From: Gammaproteobacteria bacterium
Lineage (GTDB): Bacteria; Pseudomonadota; Gammaproteobacteria; Steroidobacterales; Steroidobacteraceae
DNA: 64,000 nucleotides
Direction of reading: 5' to 3'
Assembly: GCA_003132025.1 (NCBI GenBank)
Contig: PKWJ01000020.1
Location: 3,220-67,219, forward strand
Position numbers and translations under genes: made by a program
Shown: positions 39,914-48,739 of the stretch, in pieces
How the letters are laid out: every line of letters starts with the position of its first letter
How positions within the stretch are numbered: the first letter of the stretch is position 1
Notes under the pieces: generated by a model
Seen by the model: the letters and a program-made list of their open reading frames with translations, nothing else
Told to the model about the DNA's origin: nothing
The model's database searches: none

Positions 39914-41052
39914 TCACACTCGAGCAGTTGAACGCGCTGGCGTCAGCACAGTTCGAAGCGACATTGGGCGGCGTATTCGAGCATTCCCCATGGGTGGCGC
40001 AGCACGCCGCGCCCGGGCGCCCGTTCACATCACGGCTGCAGCTGCTCGATTCGATGCGCGCCGCGGTCGACGAGGCTGCGCCGGCGCAGCAGCTGGCGTT
40101 GATCCGCGCACACCCGCAGCTCGGCGTACGCGGCCAGGGCGTGAGCGCACTGACGGCGGCGTCGGCCGGCGAGCAGCGTCGCGCGGGCCTTGCGTCTTGC
40201 ACGCCGGCGCAGGCTGCTCGCCTGGAGCAACTCAACGCGCGCTATCTGGAGCGATTCAGATTCCCATTCATACTTGCGGTTCGGGGACACAACCCGGCGT
40301 CGGTCATCGCCAACTTCGAACGCCGGCTGGAGAGCGACGTTGAACTTGAGCGACGCACGGCTTTGAGCCAGATCGGCGCCATTGCCGCCTACCGGCTGGC
40401 GGACATGATTGCCGCGCCAGCAGGGCCGGAGATCCTGGCGATGCTCGAGCGCCTGGCGCGCCCCGCAACGTCAGCCGGCCCGGTGACGGACGCGGCCCGC
40501 GCCATGGTGCGCGAATGGATGCAGGCCGCGGGACTTGAAGTCTGGCCAGCACCGGATACCGAACCGGCAGCGAGCCACCTCGTCGGGCGGGCGGACGGTG
40601 AATGCAGCGCAAAGGCGCTGCTGACGGGCGTGTACCACGATCCGCGGCGCCAGCTGCTGCGTTACCAGGGACGCGCGGGTTTCATCATTGCGATCGAAGT
40701 CGCGCAGCAGCTGCGGCACAAGGGCGTTCGCCCGCCATTTGACCTGGCGGTGCTGGCGCTCCCGGAGGATGCGTGTCTGGACGATACCGGGAGCCTGTTC
40801 GATAGCGATGCCTCGCACATATGGGTTGAGCTTGACGCCGCCGCCGCCGCGGACGCGGACGCGCTGGCTGCGCAAGGCATGGACATTGTCTGGGCGCTGC
40901 GCACGGCCGGGTTGGGGCCGGGGGCCGTGACGCTGGTGCGCCAGGTAGCGGCCGGGGCCGGCAGGGCGCTGCCCGCGTTCAACACCGCTGGGGCAGGGCA
41001 AGCCGCGCGCGCGCTGGAGCAGTCGCTGCGGGGCATGCAAACTGCCGCATGA
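39910..41052 (+). CDS. uraD: OHCU decarboxylase fused to a truncated, degenerate M20 amidohydrolase-like (allantoate amidohydrolase-like) domain
   Basis: GTGA overlap with the puuE stop. The N-terminal ~165 aa carry UraD motifs (GGVFEHSPWVA, LIRAHPQLG, FPFILAVRG). The C-terminal ~215 aa align by eye to the N-terminal part of AllC-type M20 enzymes (MQAAGLE, LLTGVYHDP...RYQGRAGFIIAIEV...LAVLALPEDA), with metal-ligand positions apparently substituted. Confidence 0.7.
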   Translation: MITLEQLNALASAQFEATLGGVFEHSPWVAQHAAPGRPFTSRLQLLDSMRAAVDEAAPAQQLALIRAHPQLGVRGQGVSALTAASAGEQRRAGLASCTPAQAARLEQLNARYLERFRFPFILAVRGHNPASVIANFERRLESDVELERRTALSQIGAIAAYRLADMIAAPAGPEILAMLERLARPATSAGPVTDAARAMVREWMQAAGLEVWPAPDTEPAASHLVGRADGECSAKALLTGVYHDPRRQLLRYQGRAGFIIAIEVAQQLRHKGVRPPFDLAVLALPEDACLDDTGSLFDSDASHIWVELDAAAAADADALAAQGMDIVWALRTAGLGPGAVTLVRQVAAGAGRALPAFNTAGAGQAARALEQSLRGMQTAA

Positions 41053-41127
41053 GCGCGTGCTGTTGTACATTGCCGCGCGGCGCGTGTCGTTGCGGGCAAT
41101 TAACCTCAAGTGAGTGGCTGACCATCG

Positions 41128-42132
41128 ATGACTGATCATTCCGGGCGCGAGCAGTGGTTGAAGCGCCATATCAACGTCGCCGATGCGCGCCTTGGCGCCG
41201 TGGCGCTGTACGCCACCGACGATTTCTTCGCCGCGAAAGAGCGCATGCTGCAACCGGGTGAACCGGAATGGCGCGCCGGCGTGTACGACGATCACGGCAA
41301 GTGGATGGACGGTTGGGAATCCCGCCGGCGGCGCGACCAGGGCCACGATCATTGCGTACTGAAACTGGCGGCGCCGAGTACGCTGGTTGCGCTGGATATC
41401 GATACGCGTTACTTCACCGGTAACTTTCCCCCATTCGCCTCGGTACAGGCGTGCCGCACCGACGCTGACCCCACTGCGGACACGCCGTGGACCGAGCTGC
41501 TGCCGCGCTCGGCGCTGCACGGCGACCAACACAATTTCTTCGAGCTGCAATCCACCGGCATCTGGACGCACTTGAAGCTCAACATCTATCCGGACGGCGG
41601 GGTAGCACGCTTTCGCGCCTACGGTGGCGTGTATCGCGATTGGGCGCGGGAAGCCGGCAGTGCAGCGATCGATCTGGCGGCTGCTCTGAACGGCGGCGTG
41701 GCGCTGGAGTGCAGCGACGAACACTACGGGTCGATGGGAAACCTGCTGCTGCCCGGACGCGGCACCAGCATGGCCGACGGCTGGGAGACGCGCCGCCGGC
41801 GTGGACCCGGCTATGACTGGGTGATATTGCGCCTCGGCCACAGCGGCCGGATTGAGCGGGTGGAGATCGACACGGCGCACTACAAAGGCAACTACCCGCA
41901 TCAGCTGTCCATTCAGGCTGCACTGCTGGAGCCGGATCGGGAGAGCAAGCTGCGCAGCCAGTGCGTGGCATGGCCGTCGCTGCTGGACCTGCAGTACCTG
42001 CGGGCCGACAGTGAGCATGAATTCATCGCCGAGTTGCAGCGGCTGGGACCGATCTCGCACGTGCGCGTAAACATCCATCCCGACGGCGGCTTGAGCCGGG
42101 TGCGGATGTACGGCCGGCCCGCTCGCGGCTGA
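41128..42132 (+). CDS. alc: Allantoicase
   Basis: Two tandem allantoicase repeats (DDFFA, GWESRRRR / GWETRRRR, NFPPF / GNYP) and RVNIHPDGGLSRVRMYG. Confidence 0.85.
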   Translation: MTDHSGREQWLKRHINVADARLGAVALYATDDFFAAKERMLQPGEPEWRAGVYDDHGKWMDGWESRRRRDQGHDHCVLKLAAPSTLVALDIDTRYFTGNFPPFASVQACRTDADPTADTPWTELLPRSALHGDQHNFFELQSTGIWTHLKLNIYPDGGVARFRAYGGVYRDWAREAGSAAIDLAAALNGGVALECSDEHYGSMGNLLLPGRGTSMADGWETRRRRGPGYDWVILRLGHSGRIERVEIDTAHYKGNYPHQLSIQAALLEPDRESKLRSQCVAWPSLLDLQYLRADSEHEFIAELQRLGPISHVRVNIHPDGGLSRVRMYGRPARG

Positions 42133-42143
42133 GGATAGGACGC

Positions 42144-42647
42144 GTGGCGGACGTCATTCTAAAAGCTGCAGCACTGACCGCCGAGGCGTTCGCGCCCTTT
42201 GGCGATGTCATTGAAATCGGCGATCGCCGGCCACGCTGGATCAATGAGGGTACCTGCGAGCGCTTTGACGATGTGGCGCAGCCGGATGTGATGGCCGCAG
42301 GCGGCCGTCCAATGATCAGTATCTTCAGGGCGGCGGCGCGACAATTACCGTTTCATGTGCAGGTCCTGGAACGCCACCCGCTGTCCAGTCAGGCCTTCAT
42401 TCCGCTGGACCGGTTGCCTTTTCTGGTGGTAGTCGCCGCGGCCGGGGATGCAGCGCTCAGCAGCCGCATCCGCGCTTACCGCAGCTCAGGGAACCAGGGT
42501 GTGAACTATCGGCGCAATACCTGGCATCACGCACTGCTCGCGCTCGAGAGGACATCGCATTTCCTCGTGGTCGATCGCGGCGGCCCCGGCGAGAACTGCG
42601 ATGAGACGCTGGTGGACGATGCCGTGGTTGTCATCGCCGCTGCATGA
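42144..42647 (+). CDS. allA: Ureidoglycolate lyase
   Basis: 167 aa with FAPFGDVIE, SIFRA, LERHPLSSQAFIP and NYRRNTWHH. Confidence 0.85.
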   Translation: MADVILKAAALTAEAFAPFGDVIEIGDRRPRWINEGTCERFDDVAQPDVMAAGGRPMISIFRAAARQLPFHVQVLERHPLSSQAFIPLDRLPFLVVVAAAGDAALSSRIRAYRSSGNQGVNYRRNTWHHALLALERTSHFLVVDRGGPGENCDETLVDDAVVVIAAA

Positions 42648-43087
42648 ATCCTGATCCCTTCAATCTGCACCGTTTCACTAGCGCTCAGGACCCTGTGATT
42701 GAAGACGTCATGGACGAACTGCGCGCCGGCTGCAAGACAAGCCACTGGATGTGGTTTGTGTTCCCGCAAATCCAGGGTCTGGGATCCAGCAGCATGGCGC
42801 AGCGCTACGCGCTCGTCTCCAGGGACGAGGCGCGCGCCTATCACGAGCATCCGGTACTCGGATCGCGGCTGAGAGAATGCACGCGGCTGGTGCTGCAGGT
42901 CGAGGGCCGTCCGGTGGAGCGGATCTTCGGCTACCCGGACGACATGAAGTTCCGCTCCTGCATGACGCTGTTTGCGCAGGTCGCACCGGAAGAGCCGATC
43001 TACCGTACGGCGCTGCAGAAATACTTTGCCGGGGAGCCGGACCCGCGCACGCTCGAATCAGGGCGGCCCTCGACACCCCCGCGGTAG
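42644..43087 (+). CDS. DUF1810-family protein
   Basis: ATGA overlap with the allA stop. FNLHRFTSAQ, KTSHWMWFVFPQIQGLGSSSMAQRYAL and HPVLGSRL match my recollection of DUF1810. Confidence 0.65.
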   Translation: MNPDPFNLHRFTSAQDPVIEDVMDELRAGCKTSHWMWFVFPQIQGLGSSSMAQRYALVSRDEARAYHEHPVLGSRLRECTRLVLQVEGRPVERIFGYPDDMKFRSCMTLFAQVAPEEPIYRTALQKYFAGEPDPRTLESGRPSTPPR

Positions 43088-43849
43088 CTGTACGCAGGTC
43101 GTTTCCAGTTGCACCACTGCTTCGGCCACCGCGTTCAGCGCGGCCGGAAGTCTGACGCGAACCTCGACCAAGGAATTCGCTTCCGACTCAAGATGCAGGA
43201 TCGTCAAGCCCCTGATCGGCAAATCGGACATCTCGAACATTCCAGCGGTGCCAAGTCCAGCGCGATTTGGCGGGGTGGTGTACTGCACCAGCCGATCGCT
43301 GAGGTAGATCAGGCGGTCGTCGGGATAGACTTCCGCGTCAAATGATGCGTCCGATATCAGATGCTCCTGGCGCACGCGGGTGATGAACTCGCTGCCGATC
43401 AGCGGAAACAGCTGCGCGGCCACGATGGCGACGTGAAAGCGCCCGGAGCCTGCTGCATCCGAAGTCTCGATCGTGACGGCGGGTCCGGTGATCTTCGGCA
43501 GCGGAAAGTAGGGCGGCTCGATGCGCTTCGGCGTCACGACCAGAGCACTGCCGTTCAAGCCGTCCCATGCCCGGCACGACCATCCCTTGGGCGCATACAC
43601 GCCCGGATTGTGCTCGGCGCGGTAGTAGGCGATCTGCTCCGCCACCGGGGGTGCGACCGGTGCGGACATGGTTTCTCCCGCCAGCGGCCTTGCCCCTGCT
43701 GTCTGATCGTTGGTGGGGCACTCGATCGTGCCCACCCGCGGCGGGGTGTCGGCGATGGCGGCGGCGGCCACCGCATAGCAGGCCAGCGGCAGCAGAATAC
43801 GGATCGCGAGCGGCATGGGGATTCTCATCGCCGGATCGTCACCCATCAT
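43058..43849 (-). CDS. Hypothetical secreted protein
   Basis: Signal-like N-terminus (MRIPMPLAIRILLPLACYAVAAAAIA from ATG at 43828). No family recognised. Starts 48 nt downstream of pqqE on the same strand. The 3' end overlaps the DUF1810 gene by 30 bp, convergently. Confidence 0.5.
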   Translation of the reverse strand: MMGDDPAMRIPMPLAIRILLPLACYAVAAAAIADTPPRVGTIECPTNDQTAGARPLAGETMSAPVAPPVAEQIAYYRAEHNPGVYAPKGWSCRAWDGLNGSALVVTPKRIEPPYFPLPKITGPAVTIETSDAAGSGRFHVAIVAAQLFPLIGSEFITRVRQEHLISDASFDAEVYPDDRLIYLSDRLVQYTTPPNRAGLGTAGMFEMSDLPIRGLTILHLESEANSLVEVRVRLPAALNAVAEAVVQLETTCVQLPRGCRGPP

Positions 43850-43897
43850 CGCAAAAGCCGCAACGCCGGCCAGCGGCGAACGGCCGCGTCCAGAGGC

Positions 43898-45058
43898 TTA
43901 CGGTTCGGCGGTATCGGCGATCAGTCGTCTGGAGTTCTCCGGCGTGCGAAACACCAGCGGCCGTTCCACGGCCGGGGCCACCGGCCGCGGACCATTGACG
44001 ATCTGCAGCACGCGTCCGTGCAGCGGTGATTTATCGCACACCGGATCAGTGGCGCCGACATCCCCGGTCAGCAGAAAGGCCTGGCAGCGGCAGCCGCCCA
44101 GGTCCTTGGCTTTCTCCGGGCAGCTGCGACAGGGCTCGGGCATCCACTGATCGCCCCGAAAGCGATTGAACGCCGGCGAGTCGCGCCAGATCTGCTGCAG
44201 GCTGGTATTGCGCGCAGACGGCAGATCGATTCCCGGCAGCATGCGCGCCGCGTGGCAGGGCATCACCAGGCCGTCGGGCGCGACGACCATGAAGGTCGTG
44301 CCCCAGCCGTTCATGCAGCGCTTCGGCCGCGTCTCGTATAAATCGGAGATGACGTACAGAATGCGCAGCTGCTTGCCGATGCGCTGGCGATAGCCGGCAA
44401 CCACGGCTTCCGAACGCTCGAGTTGTTCGCGCGTAGGCAGCAGCTGGGCGCGGTTCAGGTCGGCCCAGCCATAGAACTGGGTATTGGCGAGTTCCAGATA
44501 CTCGGCGCCGATCTCCAGCGCCAGGTCAATGATGCGGTCGACGTGGTCGATGTTGAGGCGGTGGATGACGCAATTCATCACCATCGGGAAGCCATGCCCC
44601 TTGATCAATGTCGCCACGCGGCGCTTGAGGTCAAAGGTGCGGGTGCTGGAGAGAAAATCATTAAGCTCGCGGGTCGAGTCCTGGAACGACAGCTGCACAT
44701 GATCCAGCCCCGCATCCTTCAGGGCCCGCATCCGGGTCTCATTCAGTCCCACACCCGAGGTGATCAGGTTGGTGTAGAACCCGAGCCGATGCGCCTCGGC
44801 GACCAGCAGTTCCAGGTCCGGTCGGCTGAGCGGCTCCCCGCCGGTGAGGCCCAGTTGCACCGCGCCCAGCGCGCGCGCTTCGGCGAACACACGGAACCAC
44901 TCCTCGGTCGACAGCTCGCTTTCCACCTTGGCGAAGTCCACCGGATTGGAGCAGAACGCACAGTGCAGCGGACAGCGGTAGGTGAGTTCTGCGACCATCC
45001 ACAGCGGCATCGGCGCGGGGTTGAGTGCGGCGTTCATGGCGTGGCTCCGTCGCGCCAT
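43898..45058 (-). CDS. pqqE: PQQ biosynthesis radical SAM protein PqqE
   Basis: ELTYRCPLHCAFCSNP radical-SAM cluster, C-terminal SPASM cysteines (CRSCPEKAKDLGGCRC). Confidence 0.9.
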   Translation of the reverse strand: MARRSHAMNAALNPAPMPLWMVAELTYRCPLHCAFCSNPVDFAKVESELSTEEWFRVFAEARALGAVQLGLTGGEPLSRPDLELLVAEAHRLGFYTNLITSGVGLNETRMRALKDAGLDHVQLSFQDSTRELNDFLSSTRTFDLKRRVATLIKGHGFPMVMNCVIHRLNIDHVDRIIDLALEIGAEYLELANTQFYGWADLNRAQLLPTREQLERSEAVVAGYRQRIGKQLRILYVISDLYETRPKRCMNGWGTTFMVVAPDGLVMPCHAARMLPGIDLPSARNTSLQQIWRDSPAFNRFRGDQWMPEPCRSCPEKAKDLGGCRCQAFLLTGDVGATDPVCDKSPLHGRVLQIVNGPRPVAPAVERPLVFRTPENSRRLIADTAEP

Positions 45059-45333
45059 TCGACCCAGCCATCGCTGGTGGCGGAGCGCAGAAAGGCCTCG
45101 ACGTCATCGTCGATGGCGTCGGACTGGAAGGCGATGCGCAGGTCGGCGATGATCTGTTCGGCTGACTGCTTGCCATCGCAGCGCCGCAGGATCTCCCCCG
45201 CCGCGACATTGAGCTGCACCATGCCCTCCGGAAACAGCAGCACGTAGGCATTCTGCGCCGCTTCCCATTGAAAGCGATACAGCGGTGCGATGCGCGGATA
45301 AGACGTGCGCGACAGCGGGCTCGGGTTATTCAT
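45034..45333 (-). CDS. pqqD: PQQ biosynthesis peptide chaperone PqqD
   Basis: 99 aa ([36 protein letters not shown]). Overlaps the pqqC stop by 8 nt and the pqqE start by 25 nt. Confidence 0.85.
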   Translation of the reverse strand: MNNPSPLSRTSYPRIAPLYRFQWEAAQNAYVLLFPEGMVQLNVAAGEILRRCDGKQSAEQIIADLRIAFQSDAIDDDVEAFLRSATSDGWVEWRDGATP

Positions 45334-46078
45334 CGGTAAGGCCGTAGCGTAGTTGGATGGCGTCCAGCATCGACCACAGCAGGTCGAGCTTGAACTGCAG
45401 GATTTCCAGTGCGCGCAGCTGCGCCTGGCGCGTGACAAAATATCCCAGTGTGACCGTGAGGCCGTGTTCGACATCGCGCGTGGCCAGCGGCAGGCGCGAT
45501 CGGAAGTACTGCAGGCCGGTGGAATCGATCCACGGATAGTGCGTCGGCCACCCGGCGAGCCGCTGGCGATGGATCTGCGGAGCAAACAACTCGGTGAGCG
45601 AGGCACACACGGCTTCCTGCCAGGGCTGCCGGCGCGCGAAATTCACGTAGGCGTCGACCGCGAAGCGCACTCCCGGCACGACGTGCTGCAGCGACCACAA
45701 CTCCTCGCGCGTCAGTCCGACCGCCTCACCCAGTCGCAGCCAGGCCTCGATGCCGCCCGGATCCTGATCGGTGCCATCGTGATCGAGGATACGTTGTACC
45801 CACAGCCGACGCTGCTCGCGATCCGGGCAGTTGGCCAGGATCGCCGCATCCTTGCGCGGAATGTTGATCTGGTAATAAAAGCGATTGGCCACCCAGCCGC
45901 GCACCTGCTCGCGACTGGCACGTCCGGCGTTGAGCATGACGTTGAATGGATGATGGATGTGGTAGGCCTGTCCCTTGGCGCGCAGCTGCTGCTCGAACTG
46001 CGCGTGGTCCCACGGGGCACCTGGCGTCGCTTCCGGCGAGGCGTCGCCGGCGGGCATGGCAGCATCCGGCCGGCTCAC
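45326..46078 (-). CDS. pqqC: Pyrroloquinoline-quinone synthase PqqC
   Basis: [40 protein letters not shown]. Confidence 0.9.
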   Translation of the reverse strand: MSRPDAAMPAGDASPEATPGAPWDHAQFEQQLRAKGQAYHIHHPFNVMLNAGRASREQVRGWVANRFYYQINIPRKDAAILANCPDREQRRLWVQRILDHDGTDQDPGGIEAWLRLGEAVGLTREELWSLQHVVPGVRFAVDAYVNFARRQPWQEAVCASLTELFAPQIHRQRLAGWPTHYPWIDSTGLQYFRSRLPLATRDVEHGLTVTLGYFVTRQAQLRALEILQFKLDLLWSMLDAIQLRYGLTDE

Positions 46079-46992
46079 AGCTCGATCTCCATGCCATCGT
46101 GGGCAACCTCGATGCCGGCCGCCACGAGCTGCGCGCGCTCGGGTCCAGCTTCGTCGAGAATCGGATTGGTGTTGTTGATGTGAATCAGGATGCGGCGCGT
46201 AGCCTGCGGCAGCCGCGCGAGTTGCTCGGCCATGCCGCCGGCGCCGCTTTGCGGCAGGTGCCCAAGGTCGCTGGCACGCTTGTGCGACACGCCGATGCGG
46301 ATCATCTCATCGTCACTCCAGAAGGTGCCGTCCACCAGCACGCAATCGCTGGCGCCAAGGACCCGTTCGACCGCCGGCGGGATCCCCGCCAGGCCGGGGC
46401 AGTAAAACAGCTGCCGCCCGCTGCCAGCGTCGCGAAAGATCAGCCCGATGTTATCCCCGACGCGGGGATTCTCGCGATACGCCGAGTAGGGGCCCGGCTT
46501 GCCTTCCACCGGCAGCGCGATGAGCGCCACACCCGGCAGCGCCGGGATCTGGAATTCCATGCCGTCCACCGGGATGCGATGCCAGTGCACGCCGCAGAAA
46601 TGCTTCAGTACATTCAGAATCGGCAGACCGGTGCTCAGATCCTCGCGCACAGTCTCGGTAGTCCACAGCTCCAGCGGCGCGCGGTGCTCGCGCAGCAACA
46701 GCAATCCGGTGCAGTGATCGATCTGGCCGTCGACCAGGATGATGGCACCGATCCCGGAATCACGCAGGCCCTGGTGAGGCTGCAGCGCCGGATTGGCCGC
46801 GATCTGCTGATGAATGTCGGGCGAGGCGTTGCACACCACCCACTGGCGGCCGTCGACCGAGACTGCGATCGAGGATTGACTACGCCTGTGCGCCTTGAGG
46901 GTGCCGGCACGCAGACCACTGCAATTGCCGCAGTTGCAATTCCACTGCGGAAAGCCCCCACCGGCAGCCGAACCCAGGACTCGTATCAGCAA
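46075..46992 (-). CDS. pqqB: PQQ biosynthesis protein PqqB (metallo-beta-lactamase fold)
   Basis: [25 protein letters not shown]-terminus. 4-nt overlap with pqqC. Confidence 0.9.
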   Translation of the reverse strand: MLIRVLGSAAGGGFPQWNCNCGNCSGLRAGTLKAHRRSQSSIAVSVDGRQWVVCNASPDIHQQIAANPALQPHQGLRDSGIGAIILVDGQIDHCTGLLLLREHRAPLELWTTETVREDLSTGLPILNVLKHFCGVHWHRIPVDGMEFQIPALPGVALIALPVEGKPGPYSAYRENPRVGDNIGLIFRDAGSGRQLFYCPGLAGIPPAVERVLGASDCVLVDGTFWSDDEMIRIGVSHKRASDLGHLPQSGAGGMAEQLARLPQATRRILIHINNTNPILDEAGPERAQLVAAGIEVAHDGMEIEL

Positions 46993-47051
46993 GGACAGCA
47001 GCCGGTCGGCTGTGTGGAGACCGCCCCGGAGTTACCCGGGGCGGAACCCGA

Positions 47052-47126
47052 TCAACGATTCGCGATGTACGAGTTGATTTCCATTCCGAAACGCAACACG
47101 ACAGCGGCAGGTGTAACCCATTTCAT
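47052..47126 (-). CDS. pqqA: PQQ precursor peptide PqqA
   Basis: 24-aa ORF MKWVTPAAVVLRFGMEINSYIANR with the conserved E-x-x-x-Y (EINSY). AAGGAA RBS. Lies 59 nt upstream of pqqB. Confidence 0.85.
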   Translation of the reverse strand: MKWVTPAAVVLRFGMEINSYIANR

Positions 47127-47359
47127 GTGCAAGTTCCTTCTGTTGATCAGCTGACAAACACCAACCAGCGACAGACTTTTCGGTCCACTGCGGCCGGCGC
47201 GCCCGGCATAGCCGGACGACGGGTGCCAGTCTGGCCTTCGGGCGGGCCGCGGCCCACCATGGAACCTTGAATCCGACCTCATGATTTTCATGAATCCGGG
47301 CCCCTGGGCGCCGCCCCAGGTTAGTGCGGTAGCATGCCGGCGATGAATGTCATAAGCCG

Positions 47360-48739
47360 GTGCCAGCGCTGCCGCCCGGGAGCGGCGGCGTGAGTCTGAG
47401 GCTGCAGATCAATCTGATCATCGCGGTGCTGATGAGCCTGTTCATCGGCACCGTGGTGTACCAGCTGGTGCAGGATACGCGCAGCAGCGTACGCGAGGAG
47501 ATCGAGGGCTCCAATCAGGTGGCGGCGCAGTTGTTCACGCGCGTCTCCTGGGTCTATGACGTCGCCGGCCTGCGCGGCATGCTCAGCTTTCTCGACCAGC
47601 TTGGCCGCGTGCGGGCCAACGACGTGTTTCTCTATGATCCGGCGGGGACGCTGGTGTATGCATCGCCGCCGCCCACGTACAAGAGCGGTCGCGACGCGCC
47701 GCGCTGGTTCGCCCGCCTGGTCTCGCCCGTGCCGCAACGCGAGGAGATCCGCCTCGGCGACGGACGGCTGGTGGTGCAGGCCAATTCCTCGCGCGCGGTG
47801 CTCGATGGCTGGGACACCCTGAGCCGGCTGCTGTGGATCGGGGCGATCGCGCTGGCGGTCATCAATGCGGCGGTATTCTGGCTCACGGGGCGCGTACTTA
47901 AGCCGCTGCGTACCGTGGTCAAGGGCCTGCAGCGCATGGAGCAGGGCGACTATCAGGCGCGGCTGCCGAGCCTGACCGGCAGGGAGGGCAGGCTCATGAG
48001 CGCCGCCTTCAACCGCACCGCCCAGGCGGTCGCCGACAGCGCCGCGGCCCAGAAACTTGCCAGCGAGGCGCGGCAGCGGCTGCAGGAGAATCGCGAGCTG
48101 ACACAGATGATCCAGGCCCATATCGAGGAGGAGCGGCGCAGCATCGCCCGTGAGCTGCACGACGAGCTCGGGCAATCCATCACCGCAATCAAGAGTATCG
48201 GCCTGTCGATCCTGCAGCGCTCCGACCGCCGCGATGAGCGGGTGAGCGAGGCCGCGCAGCTCATCGTGGATACCGCCGGGCGCATGTACGACGCGGTGCA
48301 CGAGATGATTCCGCGGTTGCGGCCGTTCGCGCTGGACAGCTTCGGCCTCAGCGATGCGCTGACCGATCTGGCCGGCGAGTGGCGCACACGTCATCCCGAG
48401 GTGGAAATGCGGCTGCAGATCGATGAGCCGTTGCCGCAGCTGGACGACGCGATCACCACCTGTGCCTACCGCATCGTGCAGGAGGCGCTGATCAACGCGC
48501 TGCGTCATGCGCGCGCCACGCGCATCGATGTGGCGCTGGGCGTCGAGCCCGAGTCGCTGGTGGTGCGGGTGGCCGACAACGGCATCGGGCCGCCGCCCGA
48601 CTGGGATCAACCGGGGCACTACGGCGTGCGCGGCATGCGCGAGCGCGCTGCAGCCCTGGGCGGCACGTTCGACTTCGATCGCGGCGAGCCGGCCGGCACA
48701 CACGTGACCGTACGCCTGCCGTTGGCGGCGCAGGCGTGA
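47360..48739 (+). CDS. Sensor histidine kinase (HAMP + HisKA_3 + HATPase, NarX/UhpB-like)
   Basis: Two TM segments, HAMP, H-box ARELHDELGQSITAIK, N/G boxes (EALINALRHA, DNGIG, GVRGMRERAAALGG). The start is uncertain; GTG 47390 is an alternative. Confidence 0.8.
   Translation: MPALPPGSGGVSLRLQINLIIAVLMSLFIGTVVYQLVQDTRSSVREEIEGSNQVAAQLFTRVSWVYDVAGLRGMLSFLDQLGRVRANDVFLYDPAGTLVYASPPPTYKSGRDAPRWFARLVSPVPQREEIRLGDGRLVVQANSSRAVLDGWDTLSRLLWIGAIALAVINAAVFWLTGRVLKPLRTVVKGLQRMEQGDYQARLPSLTGREGRLMSAAFNRTAQAVADSAAAQKLASEARQRLQENRELTQMIQAHIEEERRSIARELHDELGQSITAIKSIGLSILQRSDRRDERVSEAAQLIVDTAGRMYDAVHEMIPRLRPFALDSFGLSDALTDLAGEWRTRHPEVEMRLQIDEPLPQLDDAITTCAYRIVQEALINALRHARATRIDVALGVEPESLVVRVADNGIGPPPDWDQPGHYGVRGMRERAAALGGTFDFDRGEPAGTHVTVRLPLAAQA

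Noticed and set aside
7194-41070. Recurring TACAAC / GTACA hexamers in several intergenic regions (near 7194, 29508, 29696, 32294, 41064), considered as a shared regulator motif.
   Set aside because: A back-of-envelope expectation, assuming roughly two-thirds G+C and counting both strands, is of the order of ten chance occurrences of such a hexamer in 64 kb. No extended shared flanks were seen.
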